Shown here in pieces: positions 51,578 through 64,000 of a stretch of DNA of 64,000 nt. Source of the stretch: Centroscyllium fabricii (lineage: Eukaryota); the NCBI GenBank assembly GCA_051313645.2, contig JBNRSN020000016.1, positions 94,116,001 through 94,180,000 on the forward strand, written 5' to 3'. A model generated the notes under the pieces. The model worked only from the letters and a program-made list of their open reading frames with translations. It was not told the DNA's origin and searched no databases. Each line of letters starts with the position of its first letter. Position 1 is the stretch's first letter. Made by a program: the position numbers and the translations under genes.

Positions 51578-52296
51578 GGACTCAGAAAGCGAATATAGTA
51601 GAAATCGCCTGTGAAATATTTGAGGAGCAGGATCCGAGTAAAGAAAGTGGGCAGATTCTGAGCGATTCGGAGTTAAAAGACGCCGAGGAAAGAGAGACCA
51701 TCCACTCTCCCAAAGCCACGACTTCGTCCCTGGTTGTGCCTCACGGAACCGAGCTCTTGCGTGAAAGCACCGACTCGGAATTGGAAACTGCACATACAAA
51801 CCTAGCTCACAGCCTTCCCAGCAACACAGTGAACTGCAGTGTGACTTCGGTCATCCACTCCCCGCCAGCGGCCAGCTCCAAACCCAAACTCTGGTCGCTG
51901 GCAGAAATCGCCACTTCGGACAAGTCGAAGGAACAGAGCGAGCAGCCGCCGAGTGGGTGCCCGGGTCAAGGCTGCACCGTGTCGGCCAGCGCCTCGTCGC
52001 CGTCCCGTTCCCCTTGCCCTTACCCGAACAGTGCAGTGCTGGGCCGGCCTCTCTACTACACCTCGCCCTTCTACACCGGCTACACGAACTATGGCAGCTT
52101 CGGCCACCTGCACAGCCACCATGGAGGCAGCAGCACAACACACTTCACTTCCAATGGATTAAGTCAGACTGTCTTAAGCAGAGCAGAGGCTCTGGTCAAA
52201 CTCTGTCCAGAAACTAAAACAAAGAACCCGCCACAAATAGATCATTGCAAGGACACACCGTCTTATGATTTGAAGAAAGGTATGTCGAACATTTAA
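51578..52296 (+). CDS. irx5: Irx5 exon 3 (IRO box, C-terminus); spliced protein 453 aa
   Basis: Polypyrimidine tract plus aacag acceptor in phase 1; IRO box KPKLWSLAEIATS; RPLYYTSPFYTGYTNYGSFGHL; ends LKKGMSNI*. Confidence 0.95.
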
Positions 52297-55200
52297 TACT
52301 GGTTCTTCGCCGAATCTCTGGACACTATTTATTATTTTGCCATGGCAAATTATTTTCCCGTCAAGATGATATAAAGTAACAAAGAATTTTAGTTTCTGAT
52401 ATGTTGGAAACGGTTGATTCAAACTGTTCAAAATGTAACATCTGAAAAAAATGTCTTAACCAACCACGAATTAATTTGTATTAAGACTAATTCTGTATAT
52501 TTAATGTAGCATTTTTGTATTTAAAAAGGATAATACACCCTCTTTGAAGTAAATTATGAAACGAGTCTCTTGTACAGATATTAATGTTGTTCTTTCGAAT
52601 AATATATACATATATATAATATAAATCTGTGTTTTTGAAATGTTTCATAGTTACGACGATGGCAGTTTAATTTAAGACGGAAGCTCTTCTCTCTGGGTGC
52701 GGGGGGAGAAAAGGTTTTTTAACAAGACAAAAATTACTAGAGAAAAAATAATTCAAGGGCCTTTGCTGAAAAATGTAAATATTTAATTAAAACACAGTTT
52801 CAGCTTACACATCCAGGCGATCATTGCTGTTTGGCTTGGTTTGTTTTTTGTTTTAAAAAGTGATGAACTTTTATTTTAAATGAAAATTAATACAAAAGAG
52901 TGTGGCACTTTTACTGTGCAGCTGGTAGGGTGCAAGGACTGGCTGGAATAATAAGGCGAAAACTAAAGTGCCATCCTTTAACCTAATTACATCCAATCAG
53001 TGTCGTGTTTTATGCAAAGCAATCAGCTGGTGAACTTTGCTAATGAGTTCGATTTTATGCCAAATTTAGTCCTCATTACTATCGCGAAAAAGCTCAGCAG
53101 AGCTATATATGAGGCAGCGAGAACTGAATCCACCCTGACATCCGTACAAGATAACCTGATCTATACTTTCCTCAGCCCACCCCTCCCTCCCAAGTTGTTC
53201 TCGTTTACCATGTAAACTCGCTTCATTCTCTCGGTATTGTCCGCAAGCTTTTCTTAGGCTTTTTGTTTCGCTGCTTATATTTCCCCCCACCATCAATGTC
53301 ACGATACTGGAACCCATTCAGATAAAAGTGTTGACTTGAACTTTTCCCAGATTCGCAGGTAGGTGTCACACTTGTTCTGAATAGAAAACCATCGTCCTTT
53401 CAACTAAGTGCCAAAAAAGGCTTTATTTAAAAAGAAATCAGAATGAAATAGCACTCTTTGCAACAGAAACCCTCCAATTCACAAACCAGGGATTACCAAA
53501 TTAGCGGGAAACAAAAAAAAAGGAAAATAAATCAAACTCATATTATTTGATGTGAATAATTTCACTCCAGCCAATGCCCGGAAAATGTCACCGTACTTCG
53601 AAGTGTGATGCGACGAAAACCAGAAATTAATTTTTTTGTGAAATACTGTCGTCTGTGTATCGAGCGTGCTGGAAGTAGGAGAAATAAATCTTTGAATTGT
53701 ATTTTTGTAAGAACTATACCCAGAGCTTTTACTAATTTATGCGGCTGTTTTTTTGCAAAAACAATGGACTCGGAAATGTTTGTAAATAAAATCTCAGCCT
53801 GATTTTTCCAAATGCGACTTGATGCTTCCTGTTTATGCTTCTGCAGAAGTGGTTCAGCCCGACTATCCTCATTTAAAAGACCAACAGATTGAGGAATTAA
53901 ATATTAATGACGGACCCATCTGATTATTTCGCTACAGAAAAAGGGAAAACGAAAAAAAGAGCTCATTTACAGTGGCAATTAAATTGAAGATGTCAGCTCC
54001 CTTTCCTTCAATTGGATTTAGTCAGCGAGCCCATTAAATATTGTATAACGACTCTACATTTCGACCTGATCTATGCGGAGTTTGAGGTTAGCTGGGTGGA
54101 AAGGAGCTGCTGTAAATTTTGCACTTGGCGCGTATATATTTGGTTCATGCAAAATTACTTATGCTATTTGTATTTCCAACAGTCTTAGAGCACAGATAGT
54201 ACAGGAAACACATTGGATGTCAGGCTAAATTGAACGTGTCTTTCATATATTTCGCGAATTTTCCAACCAATTGCTTTAATCACTAATCACAATTTAGATG
54301 TTTCCACAATTAAAATCTGAATAAAAACACACTTAAAAAAAAAGGTTTCACTGGACAGGGTCTGATTTTGCTGTCTGCATGTCATTAGAACGCATTGCAC
54401 ATTTAACACGTCATAAACATATGATTCATCCAGAATCTAAGTATACTCAGGTGAATGGCAGCATTCGCCGTTTAAAACACAGACATACAACTTGCGCGCA
54501 CACACCAGGAATTGGACAGAGTGTTATTCCAGAATGAAGCATTTTGCGATATTATTTAACTAACCATAAAATGACTCTCAGTGATTACACCAAAGTTCCT
54601 CCGTTTAAACAATCCTCCCTCCTTATTAAATGTGTAATAGGAAGTAAATAAAAAAATAAACGCGCAAGAAAGCGGCTCTATTTATCAGTTCTCTTTAAAA
54701 TACAGTTTATCCAGTGGAGCTGTTAAAAGATGAGTTGCCATTAATCTTATTTAATTTCATCTTTCTCGTCTTTCAGTAAATTGTCGGAAAGTGTCTCAAG
54801 GGGCGAATATAAATACCCTCGTAACGGTACTAAAATGTGCAGAGTCTCCCGGACATTCAAATCAGGACTTCTATTTTTATCTGGTGCTAAAGTGTTAGCT
54901 GCACTGGCGTGATTGCGATATATCACCAGCCAGCACCATCATTACTGGTTCCCCCTCGCCTCCTTCCTCAGCTGGCTTTCTTCAATGTCATTTGCTTTAT
55001 TTAAAACGTACAAAATAACCTGCAGCTTAAAGTTATGATCAGTTTCAAACAAGGAATTAGTAGCAAATTACTTTTTCCGTGGAAACTATGTAAATTAGTA
55101 GTATGACTGTGGTGTCTATTTTAGGAATTAAATTAATCTTTACTTAATTTTAAAGGATTAGAGACTTACAGGAGGTATTAGTCATAAGCTGATTTTTATA

Positions 55201-57336
55201 TTTTTCATAAAGAAACGATCTTTTATGAGTTGTTCAAGTGCATTAGCACAGATTTACAAATACTATTTCCAGTGTTCTGCACATTGTCAGTATATCCTAG
55301 AACTAGGCGCACCAGATACTAGTTCCAGTTACCTTGTGGCTTTGACTTAAATGATATGGGTTCTAGGGGTTGGTGGCCAGCCTGGAATTTGCTGTTGTAT
55401 AATCACACACAAGTCTTCCTCCAGGGCAGCCTTCATATTAAAGAGGACTGTTAGCCGCATGTATTAATATTAAGCTGGATATACAATTTCACTGTGCTTT
55501 TATTACTGTTGCCTGAATCTATGCTGCTTCATCCACTTAGAAATGCAAACAATTAATGACATAACTGGTGCTCTGAGTTCAGCAAACTTTTTTTTCTAAC
55601 TGTTTTTATTTGACCACAGCCATCAGTAGGCTAGGCACAGGGCACATGCTTGTCTGATTAAGCATGCATGTGTTCACGCATATAACTGCGTAGAGATGTA
55701 CATGCATGCATATACACCTATATGTATGTGTGCAGGCGCCTACCTGTTACTACAAAACTACGGTCTATTGCCCACCAGTATTTCACCTGTTTTCCTCTGG
55801 TACGATCATCAATTAAATGACTGTTGTGTCGGCCTCTTCATAATAAACAGTATTTTGAAACTTCTTAAAGTAATATCATGTTGCTGCACGTTAAGCAGTG
55901 AACATTCATATTTGTGCACTTTTGTTCCAAACAGTATTTTGCAAATTTTCCTTCCCCCCCCCCCCCCCACCCGCCCCAAACTAAAAGGACTGAATTCCTT
56001 TTACACAAGCAGGGCAAGTGAATGTGACAGAAATGCCGATAACTGCTGCGAGGTTAAAGCACCTTGTGTACGTTTGGGAGTGCTGATACCGATTTCGGTG
56101 TTCAGTGTACTTATCTACCGTCTACACTAACCGCATTGCTTAAAACACCGGCGTGTTGCGATGTGGATCTTCAGAGGATTCCTGTTGAACACATAATGGG
56201 TAAGAAAAAAATAAAAATAACATGTTTTTTTACAACTGCAAGGTTTGAAAGTGAGCAATGCCCCGATATAGGTCAACGCGTGAGCCAGGGAGAGTAAGGA
56301 AATGTGCAGATTTTGAAAAGGCACTTTATTAGCAACAAAATGATGTATGTAAATATGCGGCCATACACATGTTGATAACAAGAACCACACTATTAGTGCG
56401 ACATTAAGATTCGTTGATATGGAAGGACAGCAAAATAACTGCACGTCAATACATTTCCAATAAAAGTATGAATACAGGGTAAGATATGAGCAACATGGGT
56501 ACTAGTAACCCAAGCAGTGTGTGTGTTTATGCACAAGGAGTGAAAACCAGAGGCAAAACACTGGATGTCGCTCCACCCCTGGAGAATTTCAGGTGACCAC
56601 GAGCAAAGCGTTAAGAAACCACTTGAGCAACAGAACAAAGACATGTTACTGAAACTTCCAGAACTAAACTGGGAAGTTGATTTTTTGCATTTTACGTCGG
56701 AATGATTCCCTTCCATTCCAAACCAGGTCAGAATTTGACGCTGTTTCCACACACGCAAGGCTTGCCCCATTGACTGGTAAGAGGTGAAAAGTCTGTGTCC
56801 CCGCTTCCCAGCCGCGAATTCCTGGCATTCCTCCCTTTACATGGTCAAAAAAAAATCTTTGGAGCAACAACAAGCTGACAGCAATCGCTTTCAGTCCCAG
56901 CCATGCAGAGAGAGAAAAGGAAACATCAAGCATTACTGTCCATTTCTTCGCGTCTGACAGGTAATAGTGTCAAAGAGTGAGGGTGGCAGTCACCTCCAGC
57001 TGGCTCCTCAGCGAAATCCCCAGTTTCCTTAACCAGCTCGGCAAGAAGTCTATCGCTGGAAGGATTGGGCCAATGGCACTTTCCAGCGTTTTTGTGTTTT
57101 CTGACGGGACAATTCCAGCACCATTGTTAATGAAACAAAGGAAAGGGGGAGGCAGGGGTTATTTTAAATCACCATGAGGGTGGGGTTGGGGGGGCACCTC
57201 TTATTGTTCTGGAGATATTAAACTATAATTGTGTTTAAAGCATCCCAACACGCGCGAAAATAACACACTTGGTTGTATCTTTGTACTAGTTGAAACCCTT
57301 CCAGAGGTGTATTATCACAATGATGATCACATTCTT

Positions 57337-57493
57337 GATGTGGAGGTGCCGGTGTTGGACTGGGGTGGACAATTGCAAGAAGTCACACAACACCAGGTTA
57401 TAGTCCAACAGTTTTATTTGAAATCAACCGAAAGCTTGTGATTTAAAATAAAACTGTTGGACTATAACCTGGTGTTGTGTGACTTCTTGCAAT
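57337..57493. mobile_element. Palindromic Penelope-type element with centre deleted
   Basis: Same head gatgtggaggtgccggtgttggactggggtggac; inverted repeat; 13-bp TSD tgatcacattctt (57324-57336 / 57494-57506). Confidence 0.82.
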
Positions 57494-58921
57494 TGATCAC
57501 ATTCTTCACCGCTCTTCTTCAAAACTTAAAACTCTTGATCTGGAAAGTGTGTTTCTCTAACGATGCAGCTCAGTGTCTTGAAAGAGAATGTATAAGTTTG
57601 ATCAATACATTTTAGATGGTCTTACGCGATATTTCATATACTTCCAGTTTCTTTTCCAAAGAAGAATACGATTAGTATTCGAAGCGCCTGCTCATTGCCA
57701 AGGGATCCGCGCTTCACTGTTAATGTGCATAATAATTACAGCACACGATGGGCTTCACAATTAGAAACGCAATCGGAAATTGAAAACCAACTCTGTTGTG
57801 AAGGTTTCCTAAATGTGAAAAAGTCTACTGAGCACTTAAATATAGAGCCCACTTAGCACGTGGAAACACTTAGACATTTGCTTAGGAACCCGCGGCAAGG
57901 CTCCGAGGCTAATTTTTGGGCCAATTGTGTTTATCAAAACTGTACTACAAGTACAATTCCAACTTGTTATGCATACTTGGTTTAAGCGGCCCGGTTTTTG
58001 TGAAGCTGTTTCTTATTTGAGCATGCCCACTCTCTCCACACTGCTAAAACTTAGTTGCCTATTTAATCTGTCGCCGCCGCCTCCAAATAAACTTCAGTAT
58101 CCGGACAAGGCGTGAGCTGATAGCTCTTGTACACTTTTGTCTGCGTCAGGGAGCAAAAGGTGCCGTTTGCACACTACATAAATAATCATTTGGAGAGAAA
58201 ACTAAAAAAAAAATGGCCTACAAATCGCGTCCATCTGGAGCTGATCGAGATGATCAAAGGGCCTGGTTTGCTTGGGCTGAAATGTTAGTCTGTCTGTGTC
58301 CTGCGAGCATATTTAGGAAGCTCGCTTCTGTACCTAGAGAGAAAATCTCCACTGATCCCAACCCTTGACATGAACCCAACAGGGAGACCGCTATAAGAAA
58401 GCGCACAGACTACATTGCAGAAAGGATGAGATGGCGAACGAGACCTTTTTTTTAAAACAAATACAAACTTTGTTTGAAGTGCTGGCTGGCGCCGTGGTTG
58501 GGAAAATTGTGACGGCTGCTAATGAATTGCAAGCCTCTGCATTGCGTATGTCAGTGCAGTCCTGTTAGTGTGGTAATGAATGGATGGTCATCACTAACGT
58601 AAGTAAATCAAATTACATAGTGGAGAGTTAATAACTTCATCAACTGTTTCCCAATTGCTTTAACATGTCTTGTACATACAATGCGCTCTGCGCCATCCGG
58701 AGACCCCAGACTTCTTGGAAAACCAATACATTTTATTATTAAAAAATTATAACTAATATTATGTGTATTATATATTGGTCTCTGTGGGCCAATTGGGAAT
58801 TATGTGCACTGCAAAAATACTCGTGGATAATTAGTGGGGTGCCGTCATATTATTTCTTTCTCTAAATGGAGACCGAGCAACAATACATCGGATTCCAAAA
58901 CGTTCATATTAAATTTAAGGT

Positions 58922-59032
58922 CATGATGTGGAGGTGCCGGTGTTGGACTGGGGTGGACGAATGCAAGAAGTCACACATTTGTGACTTCAAATAAAACTGT
59001 TGGACTATAACCTGGTGTTGTGTGACTTCTTG
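58922..59032. mobile_element. Shorter copy of the same Penelope-type element
   Basis: Same head and right arm, most of the left arm deleted. Confidence 0.75.
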
Positions 59033-61838
59033 CATATTAAACGGTGCAATTAATATCTGGTTATAATGTGAACGCAAGGAATCGATTGTTTAAGTGTCAA
59101 TGTATAAGTTGAAGAGGTTCACAGAGGTTGTTTCTTAAAGAAAGTAGTTTGTTGGAGAACAATATTTAGTTGGTTGAATGAACAGTAGTTGGCTGGATGG
59201 TCAACATGTTGCGTGTGTTTGTTTGTATGTGAATCCAAGTGCTGTTGGAAAATAATCAAAAGTGACATTTTCTAATCTCGCGCTTTTTGACTGTAGGATT
59301 AAAGGCAGACTCAAGTTTAACAGGTCCTCAGGGCTGCAGGGCACATTCTGGCGCTACATAGCACTTGCTAATGGTCATATGGGTGAGTATTAAGGCGCGG
59401 TCACTACACGTGTATAACATGAATCTGTAAGTTTCTGTACAAGTAAATATGACTAAAGTGACTTCGCACCACAAAGCTATCTTGCGTGCTTAATCTGTCA
59501 CAGCAAAAGCGGGTAAGTGGAGTTGAGGCACAGATCAGCCACGATTCATTGGATGGCGGAACAGGTTCGATGGGCTGAATGGCCTACTCCTGCTCCTGCA
59601 CATGGATTATTGACATTGTTTTGAACATTATTGCCTCATTATCCACGCTGCTTGCAATGCCCAGGCTGGACCTGTTGGATGACCATGAATGTGAGCTTCC
59701 AGAAGCACCAACTCTCTAAGGGACCAGGAGCGAATTTGCTAAGCTCTTTCTATTCTTCATTGTGAGAAATATTCCAAAATTACATACCAAACTCCTGATT
59801 TGATCTGGGCTTGGCGTCTTTCATCATTTCCTTCTGCCTTATCCAGCCTTTGTAGTTTTTTTCGGTTGCTCGTTCTGTTCTCGCCTGAGCCCTGGTGTAA
59901 GGAGAAGAAATGTAAATGGATTCCAGATTAAGAAGAAGAAATAAACAGCCCGACAATTCATTATGTAATAGGAATCTATTGACAAACGAGGTGATACGTT
60001 GTTAATTGTTGTTATTATCCAGATGTACAAGGCAAGTTCTGCGATACCAGCTTGCACAAACAAACCACTAGAGGCACTGACAAGAGTCAGTCTGCCACTT
60101 CAGAACAGCATCAAATTCAGTTAAAAAGTGTAAGGGGAATCCTATTATTTGACCTGGTTAGATTATTAGTAAGGACATCTGTGACTGGCAGCACACCAAG
60201 TATTACCAGAAACAGATCCGGCTACGCCGCCCCCACCCTCGCAAAAAAAAGAGCACTATGTTAATACCTCTGAGCCTGCTCCCTCCTCCCCTCCGATTCT
60301 GATTTTTTTTTTGGCAGAAATGCAGCAAGCGATTGCCGAACAAGTGGCTGTTTTTTTTTGAATTTACCTTTTGTGTGTGTCTATAAGCAATCTTGTGGCA
60401 TTTCCCTCACAGAAAGGGATTATCATGCGCCACCGGCGTGGGATCAGGAGAGTTGGGCTGGAGTAGACTTTCAGTGAAATCGCAGAGGGGATAAGGGTCT
60501 TGCTTTATTTAATCATCAAATCCCGAGAATGAAGCTCTTAATTAATTATGGGCGCTAAAAATTCAGCCCAGCTGTTTCTGTAGCTTGGCGCTGGCTCGAG
60601 TGGAGAAAGACAAACTCTGGGCTGAGAACTGCGAGAGCACATTCAGCATAAATCACTTCCTAATGATACTCCTTGGTGAAAATGAACCTGCTAATGACGG
60701 ATGGTTTATTGTCCTCTAGATTTCTATACCCTGTACAGTACAACACGGTCCAGCCGAGTTGTTACCTATTAACGATTTTGCACTCCTAAATGTTAAAAGC
60801 CTTTTAAATATTGATGATAAAATTGTAAATTGACCTAGATATAGATTGTCACGATATGATTTACAAGTGTTTACAAACCTATCCAAAGAAGGGACATATA
60901 TATATATATATATATAAACACAAGATTAGTGACGGAACAGTCCACGTTTATTAAGGAACGAAAATAAATAGGCAAGCCCCTGGTTTCTCCAGTTCCTGCA
61001 AACGTCTCTGGAGAAAAACGTGTGTGTGTGATTCTTGCAGCTGTTTGATAGCACTCTGCACAGTCCTTCTACTGCTGATCCAGTCAGATCCTATCAATGG
61101 ACATTGCAGGCTAGAATTTCAAAGATCTTATGATAGTTTTTTTGCCCAGAATGTAAGGTTTAGTCCCCAGTTCTATTTAATCACACTAGTCGATTTATGA
61201 TATATGTGTATATAACTCGTCAACTCGACACAGTATTGTAAATATTGATATGTTCACAGATATACCAAGAGTGTACACAACTGAGAACTGTAAATTTATT
61301 ACAAAAAATAGATTACATAGGACTTGCTTGGGATCTGGCCACTTTTATAGATCTGTTATAGTGTGCGTTTTACGTCAAAGAGAACTGGTTTCGTTTTGCA
61401 CAGAGGAAACTTGCGTCGAGTAAGTTAGGTGTGAAATTTCCTGAACTACGTGGACACAAGCGGCGTCACTTTGACTGCACAAGTTGTAGTATAACCTTAA
61501 AAAGCCAACCTTGAAAACTTCCCAGCTGGTCGAGTGGGAAGTTTACAAACTTCACTTAATTTTTTTAAATAGCAGCAAAGAACTCACTGTCCCACTGTTT
61601 TTTTTGTGTTAAAATGTTAAAAAAAATAACGGGCATTCGGGAGCTGTGCACCTGGGTGCAAGCGCATCTGTACTGTTTGGCACGGTGGAAACCTGCTGAT
61701 CTTCATACTGCCTTCAGTTGCGACCATAGATTACATAATACTTAAATTATTTATGGTCTAGTATTATATTTTAACTAAAGGTAGTTCTCATCATGTAAAA
61801 ATGTTATGACACTACGAATAGCTGGGCTTATTTATTAT

Positions 61839-62846
61839 GGGGGAAAAATTTGGTTGGTTGCGCCACCCGTTAGCTCCCTAGGAGGGCGCTAGTGGTGGCG
61901 CAAAGCAACTAGCGCCCGGGTGCGGCGAGTTTAGCGCCGCACGGCAAATTGACTAGACGCTCGGTAGCGGCATTAAACATTAGCGCCACAATCTCCTGCG
62001 CTGACAGATTGTGCCGTCATTCGAGTGCGCAACGCTCTGTAGCGTCCCGAACCAGATATTGAGTGGCGCCCCCTGAGTGGCGCCCCCTGCCTTAGCGCCT
62101 GGCGCTAACAACGATAGGTTGAGGGGTGCGTTCTACAGCCAGGAAGGGACTGGTGGAGCGCTATTTAAAGGTGACTGCTTCCTGCATTTTTTTGTTGGTG
62201 ACAATGTTTGCACCACGTACTCTGAGAGAGAGACATCTGGAGAGATTCAACACTGTGTGACGGAGTTTTGGGGACTGAGCAGCACTTTGCAGGTTCATTT
62301 TGATTTCCCCTTCCTTGTATCAATTTAGAAGAGAATGTGAGCGTTGCACTCTCAGCTCTTTCCCTGGGTCTCTCCATTGTTCTTCCCAGCAGATTTGATG
62401 TACCTGTCTCTCCAGGCCGAGATTCAAGGCTGCAATGAGCAGGATGTGGATGGAGAGAAAGTTCAACCATCCCCTTTAAGATAAAAACAGAAAATGCAGG
62501 AGAAACTCAGCAGGTCAAGCAGCATCTGTGAAAAGAGAAACAGTTAACATTTCAGGTCAATGACCATTCGTCAGAACTCTCCTTTAAGAATTGGATGGTG
62601 CCAGTGTGTCTGTGTTCCATTGCTGACTGACATCACATGAGCTTTGCCAGCGCTCTGAGGTAACGCCTCGCTCCTCGGCCTTAGTGCCTTAACAGAGATG
62701 TGTAGCACCTGATTTAGCGCTCCAATCACCTCCAGGGGCGAGGAAACCCATTTTTGCAGTTGGTGGCGCTAATTTGCGGCAGGTGTTAAATTTAGCGATG
62801 CGCCGACTATAGCGCCCTAAACGTGGCGATACCGAAATTTTCCCCC
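61839..62846. mobile_element. Internally deleted Harbinger derivative (family of 8528-9404)
   Basis: Termini gggggaaaaattt / aaattttccccc; 61839-62320 is colinear with 8528-8970. Confidence 0.8.
62482..62578 (-). mobile_element. Short retroelement end with a minimal hammerhead-like core
   Basis: - strand ctgacga-a-tggtc-att-gacc-t-gaaa-tgttaac followed by cagatgctgcttgacctgctgagtttctcc. Confidence 0.65.
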
Positions 62847-62955
62847 TAAATCTTTATTATATCTATGCCGCCCATATCCTAACATGCACCAAGCCCCATT
62901 CACCCATCACCCCTGTGCTCACTGAACAACATTGGCTATGGTCGGTCAACACCTT

Positions 62956-64000
62956 GGGGGAGAAATTCGGTATCGCCCCATTTGGGGCACTAAATTTTGA
63001 AAGCTGGAAAAATTAGCACCAGGCCCTAATGATTCTCAGCTTTCTCTAAATTGTGTGATAGCGCTCCAGGAAGGAAGTGGAGTGCTAAATCGGTGGGGGG
63101 GTGGGGCGGTGGGTGGGGGTGGTGGTGGTGGAGGTGCAGCGCTGCACAATGACCACTGCAGCGCTGCCGGTATCCGAGGCTCATTCCCTCCCTTACAGCG
63201 AAGGGCCATTGCTGCAGGCTCTACATTTCGACGATGTCCCTCGTCACCGATGGCAGTCGGGATCCGAGACGATCAGCCACAAGCTGATCAATTGCAGAAA
63301 TTAAAATTTTTCAAACAGCAACCTAAGGAATGGAAACATTTTTTTTCTGCAGGCCAGCGGCCTTACCTTTAATTACACAGAAACACAGAAGATAGGAGCA
63401 GGAGTAGGCCATTCGGCCCTTTGAGCCTGCTCCGCCATTTTTATGAGATCATGGCTGATCACACAAACCCAGCACCCCCCTCCTACCCTCTCCCCATATC
63501 CCCGACACCCCCAACTCTAAGAACTATATCTCACACACATAATCATGGGCAATTAAAAAATATATATTTTTTAGTATCTCCAATTCACCTAACCTGCATG
63601 TCTTTGGGTGGTGGGAGGAAACCGGAGTACCCGGAGGAAACCCACATGAACACGGGGAGAACATGCAAACTCCACGCAGCGAGGTCCTGGGCCAAGCAGG
63701 ATTCGAACCCAGGAGCTCCTTATTGCGAGGCAGCAGTGCTAACCACTGCACCACCAAGTCGTCCAAAGCGCCCTGTACAATGCCTCATGCAGATGTCGGT
63801 GTTATCGCCCAACAATGCTGCAGATGTGGAAATGAATTTCGGGTCCTGAGTGCTCCAGGATGCTGTGCAGAAACATAGAAACATAGAAGATAGGAGCAGG
63901 AGTAGGCCATTCGGCCCCTCGAGTCTGCTCAGCCATTCAATAAGATCATGGCTGATCATCCAAATTCAGTACCCTGTCCCTGCCTTGTCCCCATACCCCT
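62956..64000. mobile_element. Harbinger-type element (TIR gggggagaaattcggtatcgcc) carrying HE1-like SINE insertions at ~63378-63762 and ~63868-64000 (both -)
   Basis: TIR matches the right TIR of 61839-62846; V-domain and CR1-type tails visible on the - strand. Confidence 0.7.

Noticed and set aside
55696-57441. Short ORFs downstream of Irx5 (e.g. 144 aa at 55696)
   Set aside because: No domain similarity or coding-like composition; no Irx6 exon recognised within the window.

Overview
Vertebrate genomic DNA, most likely from a shark or other elasmobranch, inferred from its HE1-type V-SINEs, CR1/HER1-type LINEs and DeuSINEs. It covers part of the IrxB homeobox cluster. The only clearly intact host gene is a three-exon Irx5 (+, 50223-52296, 453 aa). 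About 11.7 kb upstream and head-to-head with it are the first two coding exons (- strand) of an intron-containing Sowah (sosondowah) gene, the ancient Irx-linked bystander gene. It keeps good splice sites and a CpG-island promoter, but exon 2 has an in-frame TGA at a normally conserved Arg, so it appears to be a young pseudogene. The left 24 kb is a dense stack of transposable elements: decayed two-gene PIF/Harbinger elements and their MITEs, CR1 fragments, SINEs, and a near-complete Mag-type Gypsy element. That Gypsy has no tRNA primer site; a 13-nt self-complementary site suggests self-priming. Other observations: small palindromic Penelope-type inserts with hammerhead-ribozyme cores and target-site duplications (TSDs), two inverted MITEs whose swapped TSDs suggest a ~3.6-kb inversion, and several candidate conserved non-coding enhancers. 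All calls are from reading the sequence only; no alignments or searches were run.
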